A stretch of DNA of 60,258 nucleotides from a virus. Its lineage: Duplodnaviria; Caudoviricetes. The position numbers and the translations under genes are program-made. The stretch lies in IMG/VR virus record IMGVR_UViG_3300009167_000009, positions 1-60,258 of that record; one strand, 5' to 3'. Numbering within the stretch: the first letter of the stretch is position 1; each line of letters opens with the position of its first letter. Of the stretch, positions 46,862 through 58,311 are shown in pieces. The notes below the pieces were generated by a model. The model did not search any database, was not told the DNA's origin, and saw only the letters and a list, made by a program, of their open reading frames with translations.

Positions 46862-47142
46862 CGGACATCAAGGCGCTGCGCGAGGCGGTGGCTGAAACCA
46901 TCCCCTATTGTGGTCAAGGCGAAACCGTGCCGAACGCATGGGCGCGGCGCGGAAGGGCCGAGCGTAAGCTGCTTGACGCTATCCCTGCCCTGCTCGACGA
47001 ACTCGAAGCGGCGCGGGCGGTGCTGGACAGCGCCGCGTTGACGGGCGACACGTCCTGGGATCATCCACCTGATCCACGCGTGGTGGTGACGCTGGACAAA
47101 GCGAAGTGGTTGGCATGGCGGGAGGCGAAGCATGAGTCGTAA
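46858..47142 (+). CDS. hypothetical protein
   Basis: AIPALLDELEAAR motif; C-terminus resembles that of the preceding gene. Confidence 0.55.
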   Translation: MTDIKALREAVAETIPYCGQGETVPNAWARRGRAERKLLDAIPALLDELEAARAVLDSAALTGDTSWDHPPDPRVVVTLDKAKWLAWREAKHES

Positions 47143-47686
47143 GGTGAAGATTGCCATTGACGAAGGCGAGGAGTACCCCGTCTATAGCCTGGACCCGTTG
47201 AAGGGGCGGAAGGCCGGTGTATGGGAGAACGTGGTCGAGGTGGATGCAGCAACGTTGAAGCGCTGGCAAGATGCCATCGCGGCGGCGAACGCCGTCAACG
47301 TGGAACTGGGAGAGTTGCACAACCGCCTGGAAACTGAACGGCGGAACCGGGAATTAGAGTCCCGCCGCGCCACTTTTCGCTATGTGAACGATGGTGCCGT
47401 GTTGATGAAGGGCAAGGCGACCATTGGCCTGCTCCTGGACGATGGCGCGATCTACGAGGAACAGACCGTTAAGAACAACACCACGGCCGTCACATGGGAC
47501 AGTGTCCCAGACGGGAAGGTGGTCGTCGGGTATCGCTCACGAATGCCGACGCCGAAGGGCATTCTGAAGGAGTTCCCTGAGTACAAGAAGGAAATCGTGC
47601 TGAAGGTGATGCTGCCCGATCCCGTCACGGCGAACGGCGGCGACATTACGCTCACGTTTGAGCAAGGCATTCATCTGTTGGCCTAG
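47132..47686 (+). CDS. hypothetical protein
   Basis: 184 aa, GGAGG RBS. Confidence 0.6.
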   Translation: MSRKVKIAIDEGEEYPVYSLDPLKGRKAGVWENVVEVDAATLKRWQDAIAAANAVNVELGELHNRLETERRNRELESRRATFRYVNDGAVLMKGKATIGLLLDDGAIYEEQTVKNNTTAVTWDSVPDGKVVVGYRSRMPTPKGILKEFPEYKKEIVLKVMLPDPVTANGGDITLTFEQGIHLLA

Positions 47687-47695
47687 GAGGAAAGG

Positions 47696-47914
47696 ATGAG
47701 CATGGGATGGCAATGTCCGCGATGCGGGCGGATCTATGCCCCGTTCGTGGCCGAATGCGAGCGGTGTAACACCCCGGCCACGACCACGACCGGCACCTAC
47801 ACGGACGTCTGCGCCAACTGTGGTCAGCCGAGGCACTTGCCCGGTTTGACCAGCTGCCCTCTGGGGTCGCACTGGGGGACGTTCACGACCACCCGCACAC
47901 CGGACACGACATGA
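47696..47914 (+). CDS. Cys-rich hypothetical protein
   Basis: GWQCPRCGRIYAP..C..C. Confidence 0.6.
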   Translation: MSMGWQCPRCGRIYAPFVAECERCNTPATTTTGTYTDVCANCGQPRHLPGLTSCPLGSHWGTFTTTRTPDTT

Positions 47915-48046
47915 AGACACAGATCAACGTCATCCGGTTAGTTTCTCCCAGCGATGACGCCCTTTGTTGCACGTTTCGAGAACCGTGGATGGGACCGCAC
48001 CCGTTGTGCGAGGTGGAAACGACACGACTAGCAAAGGAGTATCACG

Positions 48047-48412
48047 ATGCTTTCGCGGCGGGGATTTCTCACCGGCACCTTGATGGCCGCAGCCACGGCC
48101 GGAACCGCACTGCTGACGGCGACACCCGAAGAAATACAGGCCTTCGGTAAGCCCTTAGTCGGGCCGGTCCGTGTGATGCAGCCCGATCCCATTCCCATCG
48201 TCGCAGACATGCGCCCGATGGGAGAGGCCGGAGAATTCGTGTACAATCACAAGGGCGACATCATCGGGGTCATTTCCGAGATGACCGTCACACGCGAGCC
48301 CATTGACGTGACTTCCTACGGTATGGACTGGCGTGCATATCGGTCGGGACTGTTGGAGGTCCGCTATACCGTCGTCGGCACCGGATTTGCCCAGGTAAAG
48401 GTCGGCACATGA
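48047..48412 (+). CDS. twin-arginine (Tat) signal protein
   Basis: MLSRRGFL followed by a hydrophobic stretch; AAGGAG RBS. Confidence 0.65.
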   Translation: MLSRRGFLTGTLMAAATAGTALLTATPEEIQAFGKPLVGPVRVMQPDPIPIVADMRPMGEAGEFVYNHKGDIIGVISEMTVTREPIDVTSYGMDWRAYRSGLLEVRYTVVGTGFAQVKVGT

Positions 48413-49092
48413 AAATTGCCCTTCGTCGCGCACAGGAAAAGCAAACACAGGCGATGGTCCCCCCGCGCTCGGGACGGTGCAATGCTATTCTACCCAGCGG
48501 TAAACGGTGTGCGCGGCCCAGCGGTAGCGGGACCACCCATGCGGGGTTGGGGCCGTGTCATCTGCACCAGACGGCCAAGAAACCCTACGATCCGACACGC
48601 CGGTACCGCGAGGCCATCGAGGACGGCACGATCCGGGCGCGGCTGTCGAAGTTGGGGAAGGTCGAGGATGACCTCCTGGATCTGATGCCCGAGGTCCAGA
48701 TGGTACGGGCCTTGATCATTGAGTTCATCAATCGCTATGACGAGTTGACGGGTGCCCTTATCGAGTGGAACCGGGAGAAAATCGGGCGCCCCCAAGCCGT
48801 GCCCGATATCACCCAGGCCGCCAGCCTACTGGAGATGGTCACCCGCATGGTCGAGCGCATCCATCGGATCCAGACGACCGGGGCGATCTCCCTTGACACC
48901 TTTCGCCGCGTGTTAGAAGAAATGGGCATCGTCGTGGCTCGCCATGTGCGAGACGGCGCGACCCTGGACAGGATCGAGGTCGATTGGGCAAAGATTTCAA
49001 CCACCGACCGCGGCCGAGTCGAGGCGTTGCCCGAGTCCCAGACCAACGCCAAGCACGCATTGTCGCCTCCATCCGAGCGTGATGCGTCTTAG
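48409..49092 (+). CDS. terS: terminase small subunit (putative)
   Basis: C..C..G.GT.H.G.G.C..H N-terminal motif; helical body; directly upstream of TerL. Confidence 0.7.
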   Translation: MKIALRRAQEKQTQAMVPPRSGRCNAILPSGKRCARPSGSGTTHAGLGPCHLHQTAKKPYDPTRRYREAIEDGTIRARLSKLGKVEDDLLDLMPEVQMVRALIIEFINRYDELTGALIEWNREKIGRPQAVPDITQAASLLEMVTRMVERIHRIQTTGAISLDTFRRVLEEMGIVVARHVRDGATLDRIEVDWAKISTTDRGRVEALPESQTNAKHALSPPSERDAS

Positions 49093-49107
49093 TTGGCCCC
49101 TTTCCCA

Positions 49108-49137
49108 TTGACTTCACCTGTCTTTGTCAGGGATAAT
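49108..49137 (+). promoter_or_regulatory. sigma70-like promoter before TerL
   Basis: TTGACT-N18-GATAAT ending 8 nt before ATG. Confidence 0.45.
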
Positions 49138-49145
49138 CCGCGCCG

Positions 49146-50752
49146 ATGAAACCGCCACGTACCCTGGGGGACGTCTTGTTGCGACGGCAGGCCGAGCCGA
49201 CCTCGACCTCGACGCCACTGATGCCCGCAATTACCGGGCTGCGGGCCGCACGCGGTGATACTCCCAAGCAACAGCGTATCGCCGCGTGTGAATCCAGTAT
49301 CGAGACATTTTGTACGACCTACCTCCGGCACCACTTCTCCAAGAAGTTCTGTGAGCTCCACCACGACATCTTCACGATTTGCGACGACCCGGCCCCCGGC
49401 AAACGCAAAGCCCGCATCGCGCCCAGAAAGTTCGGCAAGACCACCATCATCAGCTTAGCCAAACCGTTACAGGAGCTCGCGTATAAGCGCAAAGAATTCA
49501 TCCTGATGATTGGCGAGGCGGCGGCGGTTGCCGAGTCGAACCTGGCCACCATCATTCAGGAGCTCGACACCAACGAACTACTGCTCCAGGATTTCCCGCA
49601 CCTCTCGCCCGCAAAAGACCCCAAGGGCCAGATGATCAAATGGACGGACCGTCAGCTGGTCTTTGTCAGCGGCGCAACCGTCGTGGCCAAGGGGATGGGC
49701 AGCCGGATGCGCGGCCTAAAACATCGTCATGCGCGACCGGACATGGCGATTCTGGACGATCCGGAGTCGCCCGAGACGGCCGATACGTTCCTGAAACGGC
49801 GGCGGCACAAGCGGTGGTTCGGCGGCACGTTCCTGGGATTGGGCGCGTCGGACTGGGACGTGTACGTGATCGGGAACTTGCCGAATCACGATTGTCTAAT
49901 TGCGGACTTGGTCAAGGATCCGGCATGGGATGGCCGGTTATGGCGAGCGATCAACATCCCCGCTCGTAGAGATGAGCGCTACCCCCTTGGCAACACACGG
50001 GAGGATGGCTCCGCCCTGTGGCCAGAGGAATGGTCGCTCGCCAAACTCGAGGCCTATAAGAAGGAGCCCGAGGTCGGATCGCTGGGGTTTGCGCGGGAAA
50101 TGCTGAATGACCCGCGCGAGGAAGAAGACAAGTCCTTTGACCCGGCGACGTTCACGTATCTGGAATGGACGCCGAACTTGTTGTCGACGTACTCGGCCAT
50201 TCGGACCTATATCGACCCGGCCGGAGGGGAGAAGCCAGGGGAGATGAAACGGGGCAAGCGGGACTGGTGCGTGGTGGTGACGGCGGGGCGCACGAAGAAG
50301 GAAGGCTATATCGACGTGTTCGATGTCCGGATGAACCGCTTTCTTCCCAACAAACAGATTCAGGTCATGTTAGACGCTTACGCCGCGTATGGGGCGCAGG
50401 AAATCGGCGTCGAGGAAAACATGTTCAAGAACCTGATTGCGCCCACGATCCAGGGCCTTGCGCGGAAACGTGGCCTCTATCCGCGCATTGTGCCGAACGT
50501 CAACACCTCGAATAAGATTAGCCGCATCCTGGGCATTCAGCCGCTGATTGAAAGCGGGGTGGTGCGGTTCGCTCGCCATCTGGTCGATAAGGTGCCGGAG
50601 TACTTTGGGCAGTTCGACGAGTTCCCTGCGGACTTTGACGATGGTCCCGATGCCAGTGAAGGCGTCATCCGCATGTTAGAATCCGGACGGAAGTCCTTTG
50701 GCCGGTTGTCGGGGCCAACCGCGTCGAAGTCGTATTGGAAGGGAGTGGCCTG

Positions 50753-50753
<1 letters not shown>
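49146..50753 (+). CDS. terL: terminase large subunit
   Basis: APRKFGKT, MRG...RPDMAILDDPE, nuclease YIDPA, GVEEN, DDGPDA. Confidence 0.93.
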
Positions 50754-52193
<1,440 letters not shown>

Positions 52194-52194
<1 letters not shown>

Positions 52195-52409
52195 TGCCTA
52201 CCGCCTTTGTCCCAGCGTACCCTTCTCGCCCTCGGACACGTTCGATCAACGTCCAAGAAGCGGTGACCCAGCAACTGACCCAGATGCGCGAGCTGCTCGA
52301 CGTCGCACACGATGTCCGTGCCATCACAATCAGTGTAAAGATGAAGAACGGTACCCCCGTTGTACGCGCCGTTGTTGTGCAGATCGACACGGAGACGACC
52401 ATCGAGTGA
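52194..52409 (+). CDS. hypothetical protein
   Basis: 71 aa, TAATG overlap with portal. Confidence 0.55.
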
Positions 52410-52417
52410 AATAATCG

Positions 52418-52446
52418 TTGACATGCCCCCCGTCAAGTGGTAGTTT
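52418..52446 (+). promoter_or_regulatory. sigma70-like promoter for head genes
   Basis: TTGACA-N17-TAGTTT with TG extension. Confidence 0.6.
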
Positions 52447-52484
52447 CTAGACAGGCCATACGCTCGTCCGTCAGAGGGGTGGAG

Positions 52485-52526
52485 ACGGGACGCACACCAG
52501 CATTGGGTTGCGCGTCCCGTTTTTTT
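52485..52526 (+). terminator. intrinsic terminator
   Basis: ACGGGACGC...GCGTCCCGT stem followed by a T run. Confidence 0.75.
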
Positions 52527-52537
52527 GTAGGAGAGTG

Positions 52538-52921
52538 ATGGTGCAAGTCATTAAAACCGACGCCAAACGCCAACAGGTCTTCGGCTGGGCCAGCATCGCC
52601 ATGTCCACTGACGGAGAAGCCGTGGTGGATTCCTACCAGGATATCATCGTGCCCGAGGATTTGGAGGATGCGGCGTACGACTTTGTCCTTCGCTTCCGTG
52701 ACTTGAACGAACGCCATGAAGGCCCGGTCCAGGGCCATTTGATTGAGTCGTTGGTCGTGACCCCGGAAAAGTTGGAGAAGATGGGGCTTGGCGGTTCGGC
52801 CCTTCCCGTGGGGTGGTGGGTGGGATTCTGGGTGCCAGACGCTCGCATCTTTGCCAAGATCGAGTCGGGCGAGTACACCATGTTCTCTATCGAAGGACAC
52901 GCGCACCGTGTCCCGGCATAA
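52538..52921 (+). CDS. XkdF-like putative prohead serine protease
   Basis: QQVFGWA, VDSYQD, NERH, IES, GWWVGF, GEYTMFSIEG. Confidence 0.8.
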   Translation: MVQVIKTDAKRQQVFGWASIAMSTDGEAVVDSYQDIIVPEDLEDAAYDFVLRFRDLNERHEGPVQGHLIESLVVTPEKLEKMGLGGSALPVGWWVGFWVPDARIFAKIESGEYTMFSIEGHAHRVPA

Positions 52922-52941
52922 GGAAAGGCAGGAGGGGCAAG

Positions 52942-53547
52942 ATGCCGTATCGGTTGCGTGACCTGACGATTTCAAAGGTCGCGCTCGTTCCCAAGGGAGC
53001 CAATCCTGGCGCCCATATCGTGTTGTTCAAGCACGATCCCTCGACACCGGGGCCGCTATCCGTTTTGACGGCGGAGGATGCCCCTGCCCCGGCAGTCGCT
53101 GCCGTACCGGATGCGGCCCCGGTCTCGAGAGAGCTGGTCTCCTTTGCAGGACCGGACTCGACCTGGCCCATTCACACGCCGCAGGATGTGACGACGGTGG
53201 TCCGGGCGCTGACTCGCTCGGGAAAATCGGGGCTGATTACACGCGGGCGGAAGGACCGTATCACGCGCCGCACCATTGCTTTGGCCAAAGCAAAGGGACC
53301 GGCGTTCGAAGCACGGCTCCCGCCTGCGTGGCGCGTGGCCAAGGTGCAGTTCACGGATGTCCAGTCGGACTACGAGCAAATGGAGAAGAAGGAAGAAGCG
53401 TGGGAGGCCATCTCAGCGTATATGGACTCGTTGAGATTGGCGATGGGCATGACCCTGTTCGCGGGAGATGGCCCGATGTCCGATATCGACAAGTCCATTA
53501 GCCAGTTCCGTGACGCGGTGGCCGCTGCGCTTACGGACGTTTCCTGA
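52942..53547 (+). CDS. head morphogenesis protein (protease-associated)
   Basis: RLRDLTISKVALVPKGANPGA.I.LFK N-terminus; FAGPDSTWPI segment. Confidence 0.6.
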   Translation: MPYRLRDLTISKVALVPKGANPGAHIVLFKHDPSTPGPLSVLTAEDAPAPAVAAVPDAAPVSRELVSFAGPDSTWPIHTPQDVTTVVRALTRSGKSGLITRGRKDRITRRTIALAKAKGPAFEARLPPAWRVAKVQFTDVQSDYEQMEKKEEAWEAISAYMDSLRLAMGMTLFAGDGPMSDIDKSISQFRDAVAAALTDVS

Positions 53548-53560
53548 AGGAGAGAACGAC

Positions 53561-54151
53561 ATGAAGGTATCCATTGACCGAGCCAAGCTGAGCCAGGATG
53601 AAGTGGCTCGCCTGGACGAGCTCGAAGCTCTGGCCAAGCAGCACGAGCCCGACCCGGAACCGGAGCCGGAACTGCCGGACACGGTAAAGAAGGAGTTGGC
53701 GGACCAGCGGGACGCCATCGCCAAACAGGCCGCCGAGAACGAATCGCTTCGCCAGGAGATTGCCAAGCGCGATGAGGCCATTGCGCGAGAGGCGTTCATC
53801 AAGGCCGAGTCCGGTACCGTGCCGTCGCTGCCGGGAACGGCCGATGAAAAGGGCGCGGTGCTGTACACGTTGTCGAAGGCCTTGGCCAAGGAGGACTACG
53901 ACAAAGTCATTGCCCTCCTCAAGGCCGGGGACGCGGCCCTGGCCGCGAACCTGACGGCGACAGCCGAGGTTGGCACGACGCACGCGTTGACCGGGGCCAC
54001 GGCCCTGGACCAGATGACGGAACTGGCTAAGACCAAGGTGGAAAAGGGCGAGGCCAAGACGATGGCCCTGGCCTTCGACATGGTAACTCGCGAACACCCG
54101 GAACTGGCCGCCAAGCACCTGAACGCCTCGCGCGGCACGGCCGTCGAATAA
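53561..54151 (+). CDS. scaffolding protein (putative)
   Basis: Acidic helical protein; AAGGAG RBS; upstream of decoration and capsid genes. Confidence 0.65.
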   Translation: MKVSIDRAKLSQDEVARLDELEALAKQHEPDPEPEPELPDTVKKELADQRDAIAKQAAENESLRQEIAKRDEAIAREAFIKAESGTVPSLPGTADEKGAVLYTLSKALAKEDYDKVIALLKAGDAALAANLTATAEVGTTHALTGATALDQMTELAKTKVEKGEAKTMALAFDMVTREHPELAAKHLNASRGTAVE

Positions 54152-54179
54152 CCCGATAGTCATCAAAGGAGACAACGAC

Positions 54180-54569
54180 ATGGCATTCGAGATTCCTGGC
54201 CAGCAGCTGTCGTTCGAGGCAGCGGCGGACCTCAGCGCGAAGCGATTCTATTTCGTCAAGCTTGACTCGGACGCCAAGCTGGTGCTGTGCGGAGCGGTCA
54301 CGGACCTTCCCATTGGCATTTTGCAGAATACCCCGACCCTGGGCCAGATGGCGACCGTCATGGTCGATGGCGTGTCTAAGGTCGTGGGCGGTGCGGATCT
54401 GGCCAAGGGGAATATGGTCGGCACCGACGCCAACGGCAAGGCGGCGGCGTACGTGCATGGCACCGACACCACGAAGTACATTGTGGGGCAGGTGCTGCTT
54501 GATAACTCCGCGGATGGTGGGATTGCCACCATCGTCTTCAACTGCATCGGCGCGGGCCGTGCGGCCTAG
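54180..54569 (+). CDS. capsid decoration/cement protein (DUF2190-like)
   Basis: AAADL...YFVKL...IGILQN.P..G..A.V...GVSKV. Confidence 0.75.
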   Translation: MAFEIPGQQLSFEAAADLSAKRFYFVKLDSDAKLVLCGAVTDLPIGILQNTPTLGQMATVMVDGVSKVVGGADLAKGNMVGTDANGKAAAYVHGTDTTKYIVGQVLLDNSADGGIATIVFNCIGAGRAA

Positions 54570-54712
54570 TGATAACTGGTCATGCACTTACGTACTCTGC
54601 AGCTTCATCTGGTGTTCATCCGCCTCATCCGGGGCGGGTGTTCGGCATGGGAAGCGTGGGTCCGTGAGCAACTGGCCGCATTGAAACAGACTTCTGACCA
54701 GGAGCAGAAAAC

Positions 54713-55681
54713 ATGAGCGTTCTCGTCCGAAAGGCCCAGCCGTCGCAGAGTGAAGTTCACACCGACGAAATGCTGGACAACATCAGTATCGCCTACATCC
54801 AGTCGCAGGATGCGTACCTCTTTCCGAAGGTGTTTCCCATCGTCCCGGTCGGGAAGCAGTCGGATAAGTACTACACGTTCACCAAGAATGACTGGTTCCG
54901 TGACGAGGCCCAGAAGCGGGCCGACTCGACGGAGTCGGCCGGCAGCGGGTACGGCCTCTCGTCGGACAGCTACTTCTGCGATGTGTGGGCGTTCCACAAG
55001 GACGTCGGTTCGCAGACGCGTGCCAACGCCGACACGCAGATCGACCTGGCGCGTGGTGCGGTGCAGTTCGTGACCCAGCGCCTGTTGCTCCGGCAGGAAC
55101 TGCAGTGGGTGGCCGACTATTTCACCACCAGCAAGTGGGGGACGGACGCCACACCGAGCAACCTGTGGAGCGATTATACGGCCTCTGATCCGATGGAAGA
55201 CATCGAGACGGCGAAGGAGACCATTCTGTCCACAACCGGGTTCCTGCCGAACACCCTGGTGCTTGGGTACCAGGTCATGCGGAAGCTGAAGAATCACCCG
55301 GACTTCCGTGATCGGATCAAGTACACGTCGGCGGAGAACATCACTCCGGCGCTGCTTGGTTCACTGCTGGAAATCCCGAACGTCTACGTGGCCAAGTCGA
55401 TTAAGGCGACCAACCTCGAGGGCGAAACGGCCGGGTACGCGTTCGCGCACGGTAAGCACGCCTGGCTGGGCTACGTGAACCCGACGCCTGGACTCATGAT
55501 GCCGTCAGCGGGGTACACGTTTGCGTGGACCGGCGTCAGCAGCACGCCGTCGTCCACCATCGGCATCGACCAATTCGAGATGCGCTCGATCAAGTCGATC
55601 CGGTACGAGGGTGAAGTCGCGTTCGACAACAAGGTGGTGTCGTCCGACCTCGGGTATTTCTTCAACGGGGCGGTGGCGTAG
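54713..55681 (+). CDS. major capsid protein
   Basis: 322 aa; L.NISIAY, FP.VPV.KQS.KY, PNTLVLG, PSAGYTF, DLGYFF..AVA. Confidence 0.88.
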   Translation: MSVLVRKAQPSQSEVHTDEMLDNISIAYIQSQDAYLFPKVFPIVPVGKQSDKYYTFTKNDWFRDEAQKRADSTESAGSGYGLSSDSYFCDVWAFHKDVGSQTRANADTQIDLARGAVQFVTQRLLLRQELQWVADYFTTSKWGTDATPSNLWSDYTASDPMEDIETAKETILSTTGFLPNTLVLGYQVMRKLKNHPDFRDRIKYTSAENITPALLGSLLEIPNVYVAKSIKATNLEGETAGYAFAHGKHAWLGYVNPTPGLMMPSAGYTFAWTGVSSTPSSTIGIDQFEMRSIKSIRYEGEVAFDNKVVSSDLGYFFNGAVA

Positions 55682-55798
55682 ACCACGCCCGAATAGGCAA
55701 TGGGTCCGGGAGTGGCTGGGTGCTCCCGGACCTTCTGCCTCCTTTGAGTACGGCCCTCGGCGCATGTGGCGCGGGGGGATTTGCAGAGGGGACATGAC

Positions 55799-56476
55799 AT
55801 GCCGCAGATCATCACCAAAGGAAAAGCCATCGCGGGTCAGTATTCGCTCGTCTCGGGCGTGATGTGGATTTCTGGGTCTGGTGCGCCGTCCGATGGCGTC
55901 ACGGGCGCGGGTGTGGCCGAGAAGGGTTCGTTCTATGTGCGTCTGTCGAACGGGGCGCACTACTACAACACGGGGACGAAGGCCTCGCCCACCTGGACCC
56001 TGGTCGGTACCATTTCGTCGGATACGGTTACGTCCGCCATGATGACGGAGACGTTGATCAAGTATGCCGAGGTAGCTATCAGTTCAGCGGACATTGTCTC
56101 GGCATCGGCGGGCAAACTCAGTCACGCTCAGGGTCAGATTCTTGTGGCTGCGCCGGGTGCAGGCAAGCTGCTCGAGCTGCTCAGTGCCACGCTCATCTAC
56201 GACTACGCCGGAGCCGGGTACGGCGGTGGCGGTAACTTGACAGTTAACTGGAGTGCGGGCGGTGCGGCGTTGACCGGTCTGGTCAGTGCGGCCAACTCGC
56301 TTGGCGCGGGGGCTGACAAAGTTGTTACCTTCGTTCCACTGTCCACGGCCGCGATCCCGATGGTGGTCAACGCAGGACTGAATCTAGTTACGTCCTCGGT
56401 CCCCTGGACCCTTGGTTCGGCCACAGGCGTGGTCCGTATGAAGGTGGCGTACCGCGTTCACACCACGGGCCTGTAA
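55799..56476 (+). CDS. putative head-associated structural protein
   Basis: GSGAP...GSFY...YYNTGTKASPTW motif; directly after capsid gene. Confidence 0.6.
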   Translation: MPQIITKGKAIAGQYSLVSGVMWISGSGAPSDGVTGAGVAEKGSFYVRLSNGAHYYNTGTKASPTWTLVGTISSDTVTSAMMTETLIKYAEVAISSADIVSASAGKLSHAQGQILVAAPGAGKLLELLSATLIYDYAGAGYGGGGNLTVNWSAGGAALTGLVSAANSLGAGADKVVTFVPLSTAAIPMVVNAGLNLVTSSVPWTLGSATGVVRMKVAYRVHTTGL

Positions 56477-56486
56477 GGAGGGCTGA

Positions 56487-56834
56487 GTGGACATCCTATA
56501 CCGTGGAGCCGTGGTTCTTGGCAGCCAGACGTTGAGCAAAACGACTACTGCGAATCCGATGGCGGATGTGGGCGTGCTCGCGGTGGATGTGCTTCGGACC
56601 AAGTACCTCACGTTCAGCGCCGTGACCAATACGTTATCGGTCCAGATTCTGGGCAGCCAAGATGGTGGACTGACGTATCCCACAACGGTCGAGGCCGCGT
56701 TCGATGTCACGGTCGCGGCACAGGTGTTGAAGACGAACACCACGTTCTATACGCATCTCAAAATCCAGGTGGCTCCCAAGGTCGGGGGGTCGCATGGGAC
56801 GTTGACGGCACGGTTCAAAGGATCGTCGTACTGA
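56487..56834 (+). CDS. hypothetical structural protein
   Basis: 115 aa beta-rich; AAGGAGG RBS. Confidence 0.55.
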   Translation: MDILYRGAVVLGSQTLSKTTTANPMADVGVLAVDVLRTKYLTFSAVTNTLSVQILGSQDGGLTYPTTVEAAFDVTVAAQVLKTNTTFYTHLKIQVAPKVGGSHGTLTARFKGSSY

Positions 56835-56850
56835 CATTGGAGGGGCAGCC

Positions 56851-57054
56851 ATGTTGTGCGTGGTACAGAAGAAATTCGACGGGCCGGGAGACCGGCACTA
56901 TACGGTCGGTGAGCTGGTGGATGCGACGGACTGGCGGCTTCGCGACAAGTTGATCGAGGGCCGTTATATGCGTCCCGCGACGGATCGTGAAGTCGCCTCG
57001 GCCGAAGAAGTTGACGTACCGGAGAAACCGGTGCGGAAACGGAGTAAACGGTGA
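56851..57054 (+). CDS. hypothetical protein
   Basis: 67 aa, GGAGG RBS. Confidence 0.55.
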   Translation: MLCVVQKKFDGPGDRHYTVGELVDATDWRLRDKLIEGRYMRPATDREVASAEEVDVPEKPVRKRSKR

Positions 57055-57461
57055 GCTGGACGTATAACATCGAGTCCGGGCTGGTTCGAGACCAGGTGCG
57101 CTTGTTGATTGGGGATACGTTGTCGACGGATCCCCAATTCTCGGACGAGGAACTGGACTGGTTAGCCACTAGCAATGGTAGCGGGCTGTATCGCACGGCC
57201 GGGGCCGCGTGTCGGGTGCTGGCCACTCGGTACAGCCGCTATGCAGATAAGTGGGTCGGGGATCTGAAGATTCTCGCCTCACAGAAGGCGCGGAATTACC
57301 TGGTCATGGCCGCGTCCTTTGATAAGCAGTCAGGGGCGCAGTCCTGGGCCGTGCCTACGGCGGGCGGGATCTACGTGGATGAGAAGGAGGCCGCAGCCGA
57401 AGACACGACCCTGGTGCAGCCGGAATTCACACGGGGCATGATGACGAACACGGAGTCGTAG
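57051..57461 (+). CDS. head-tail adaptor (putative)
   Basis: SWTY...DQVRLLIGDT...FSDEEL; synteny. Confidence 0.75.
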   Translation: MSWTYNIESGLVRDQVRLLIGDTLSTDPQFSDEELDWLATSNGSGLYRTAGAACRVLATRYSRYADKWVGDLKILASQKARNYLVMAASFDKQSGAQSWAVPTAGGIYVDEKEAAAEDTTLVQPEFTRGMMTNTES

Positions 57462-57462
57462 C

Positions 57463-57828
57463 ATGTTTGAGGCCGAGTTTCTGACGATGATGCCGCATAC
57501 GGTAACCATTTATCCCAGGACGGGGTACACTGACAACGGGGTACCCTCGCATGTGGGGGCGGTGGGAAAAGCGTACCGGTGCCGGATCGTTGGGAAGAAT
57601 TTGTCGTTGCGCCGGTCCCAGGTCCAGGACCAGACGGTGGTGTTCGACATCTACCTGAACTCGGGCGGGGACGTGATCGGGATGGAGGATAAAGTCGAAT
57701 TGCCGGATGATGGGGCGTGGCTGGACCGATATCCGATCATGTTCGCGGTCGCACGGGCCACGGACGAAGACGGACATCACCATACGAAATTGCAGTGCGG
57801 ATGGCAATATCATAGACAAGGACAATGA
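57463..57828 (+). CDS. head closure protein (putative)
   Basis: MMPHTVTI...YRCRI...DKVELP; synteny. Confidence 0.65.
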   Translation: MFEAEFLTMMPHTVTIYPRTGYTDNGVPSHVGAVGKAYRCRIVGKNLSLRRSQVQDQTVVFDIYLNSGGDVIGMEDKVELPDDGAWLDRYPIMFAVARATDEDGHHHTKLQCGWQYHRQGQ

Positions 57829-57830
57829 CT

Positions 57831-58268
57831 TTACTCCACATGTCTCCAGTACGTGCCGTTTACAATGCGCCTTATGGCCTTGTACTCGACGTGTGGGTAC
57901 AGTCGGGCGATGACCGACTTTTTCATGGTCTTCGCCAATACACGAATCTGGCGCACGTCATCTGGGGTCAATTTTCGGGTATTGTGTTTGTGCCAAAGAC
58001 GAATCATGTAGTCACGGGCATTGTCCGCACGAGTTCCGAGGTAAAGATGCGAGGGGCGCACACAGTATTTCACATCGCAGGATTTGTGAAGTACTTGTTT
58101 GCCCTTTGGTATCTGGCCTTTGAAAATCTCCCAAGCTACGTGATGCGCGTAACGGACGCGACCGCGCCAGTTAACTTGTCCGTATCCGTTGGGCCGTTTA
58201 CTCAAAGTCCAAAGCCAACACGTTGGAGTCTTGTTAAGACCTTCGATAAACTCAGTCCGTGTATGCAT
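57831..58268 (-). CDS. free-standing HNH homing endonuclease, antisense to the late operon
   Basis: CWLW...GYG...AHHVAW...VLH.SCD...CVRPSHL..GT..DN; C-terminal KLT..DV..IR helix-turn-helix. Confidence 0.88.
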   Translation of the reverse strand: MHTRTEFIEGLNKTPTCWLWTLSKRPNGYGQVNWRGRVRYAHHVAWEIFKGQIPKGKQVLHKSCDVKYCVRPSHLYLGTRADNARDYMIRLWHKHNTRKLTPDDVRQIRVLAKTMKKSVIARLYPHVEYKAIRRIVNGTYWRHVE

Positions 58269-58311
58269 ACCGCACATTGTATCACATGCCGGGTCAGGCA
58301 GGGACAGTAAC

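Noticed and set aside
55703-55735. Intrinsic terminator after the capsid gene
   Set aside because: Strong stem (GGTCCGGGAG...CTCCCGGACC) but no proper U-tract, so not called.
57825-58310. 161 aa + strand ORF continuing the late operon
   Set aside because: Antisense shadow of the well-formed HNH gene; only its terminal RQGQ* is informative.
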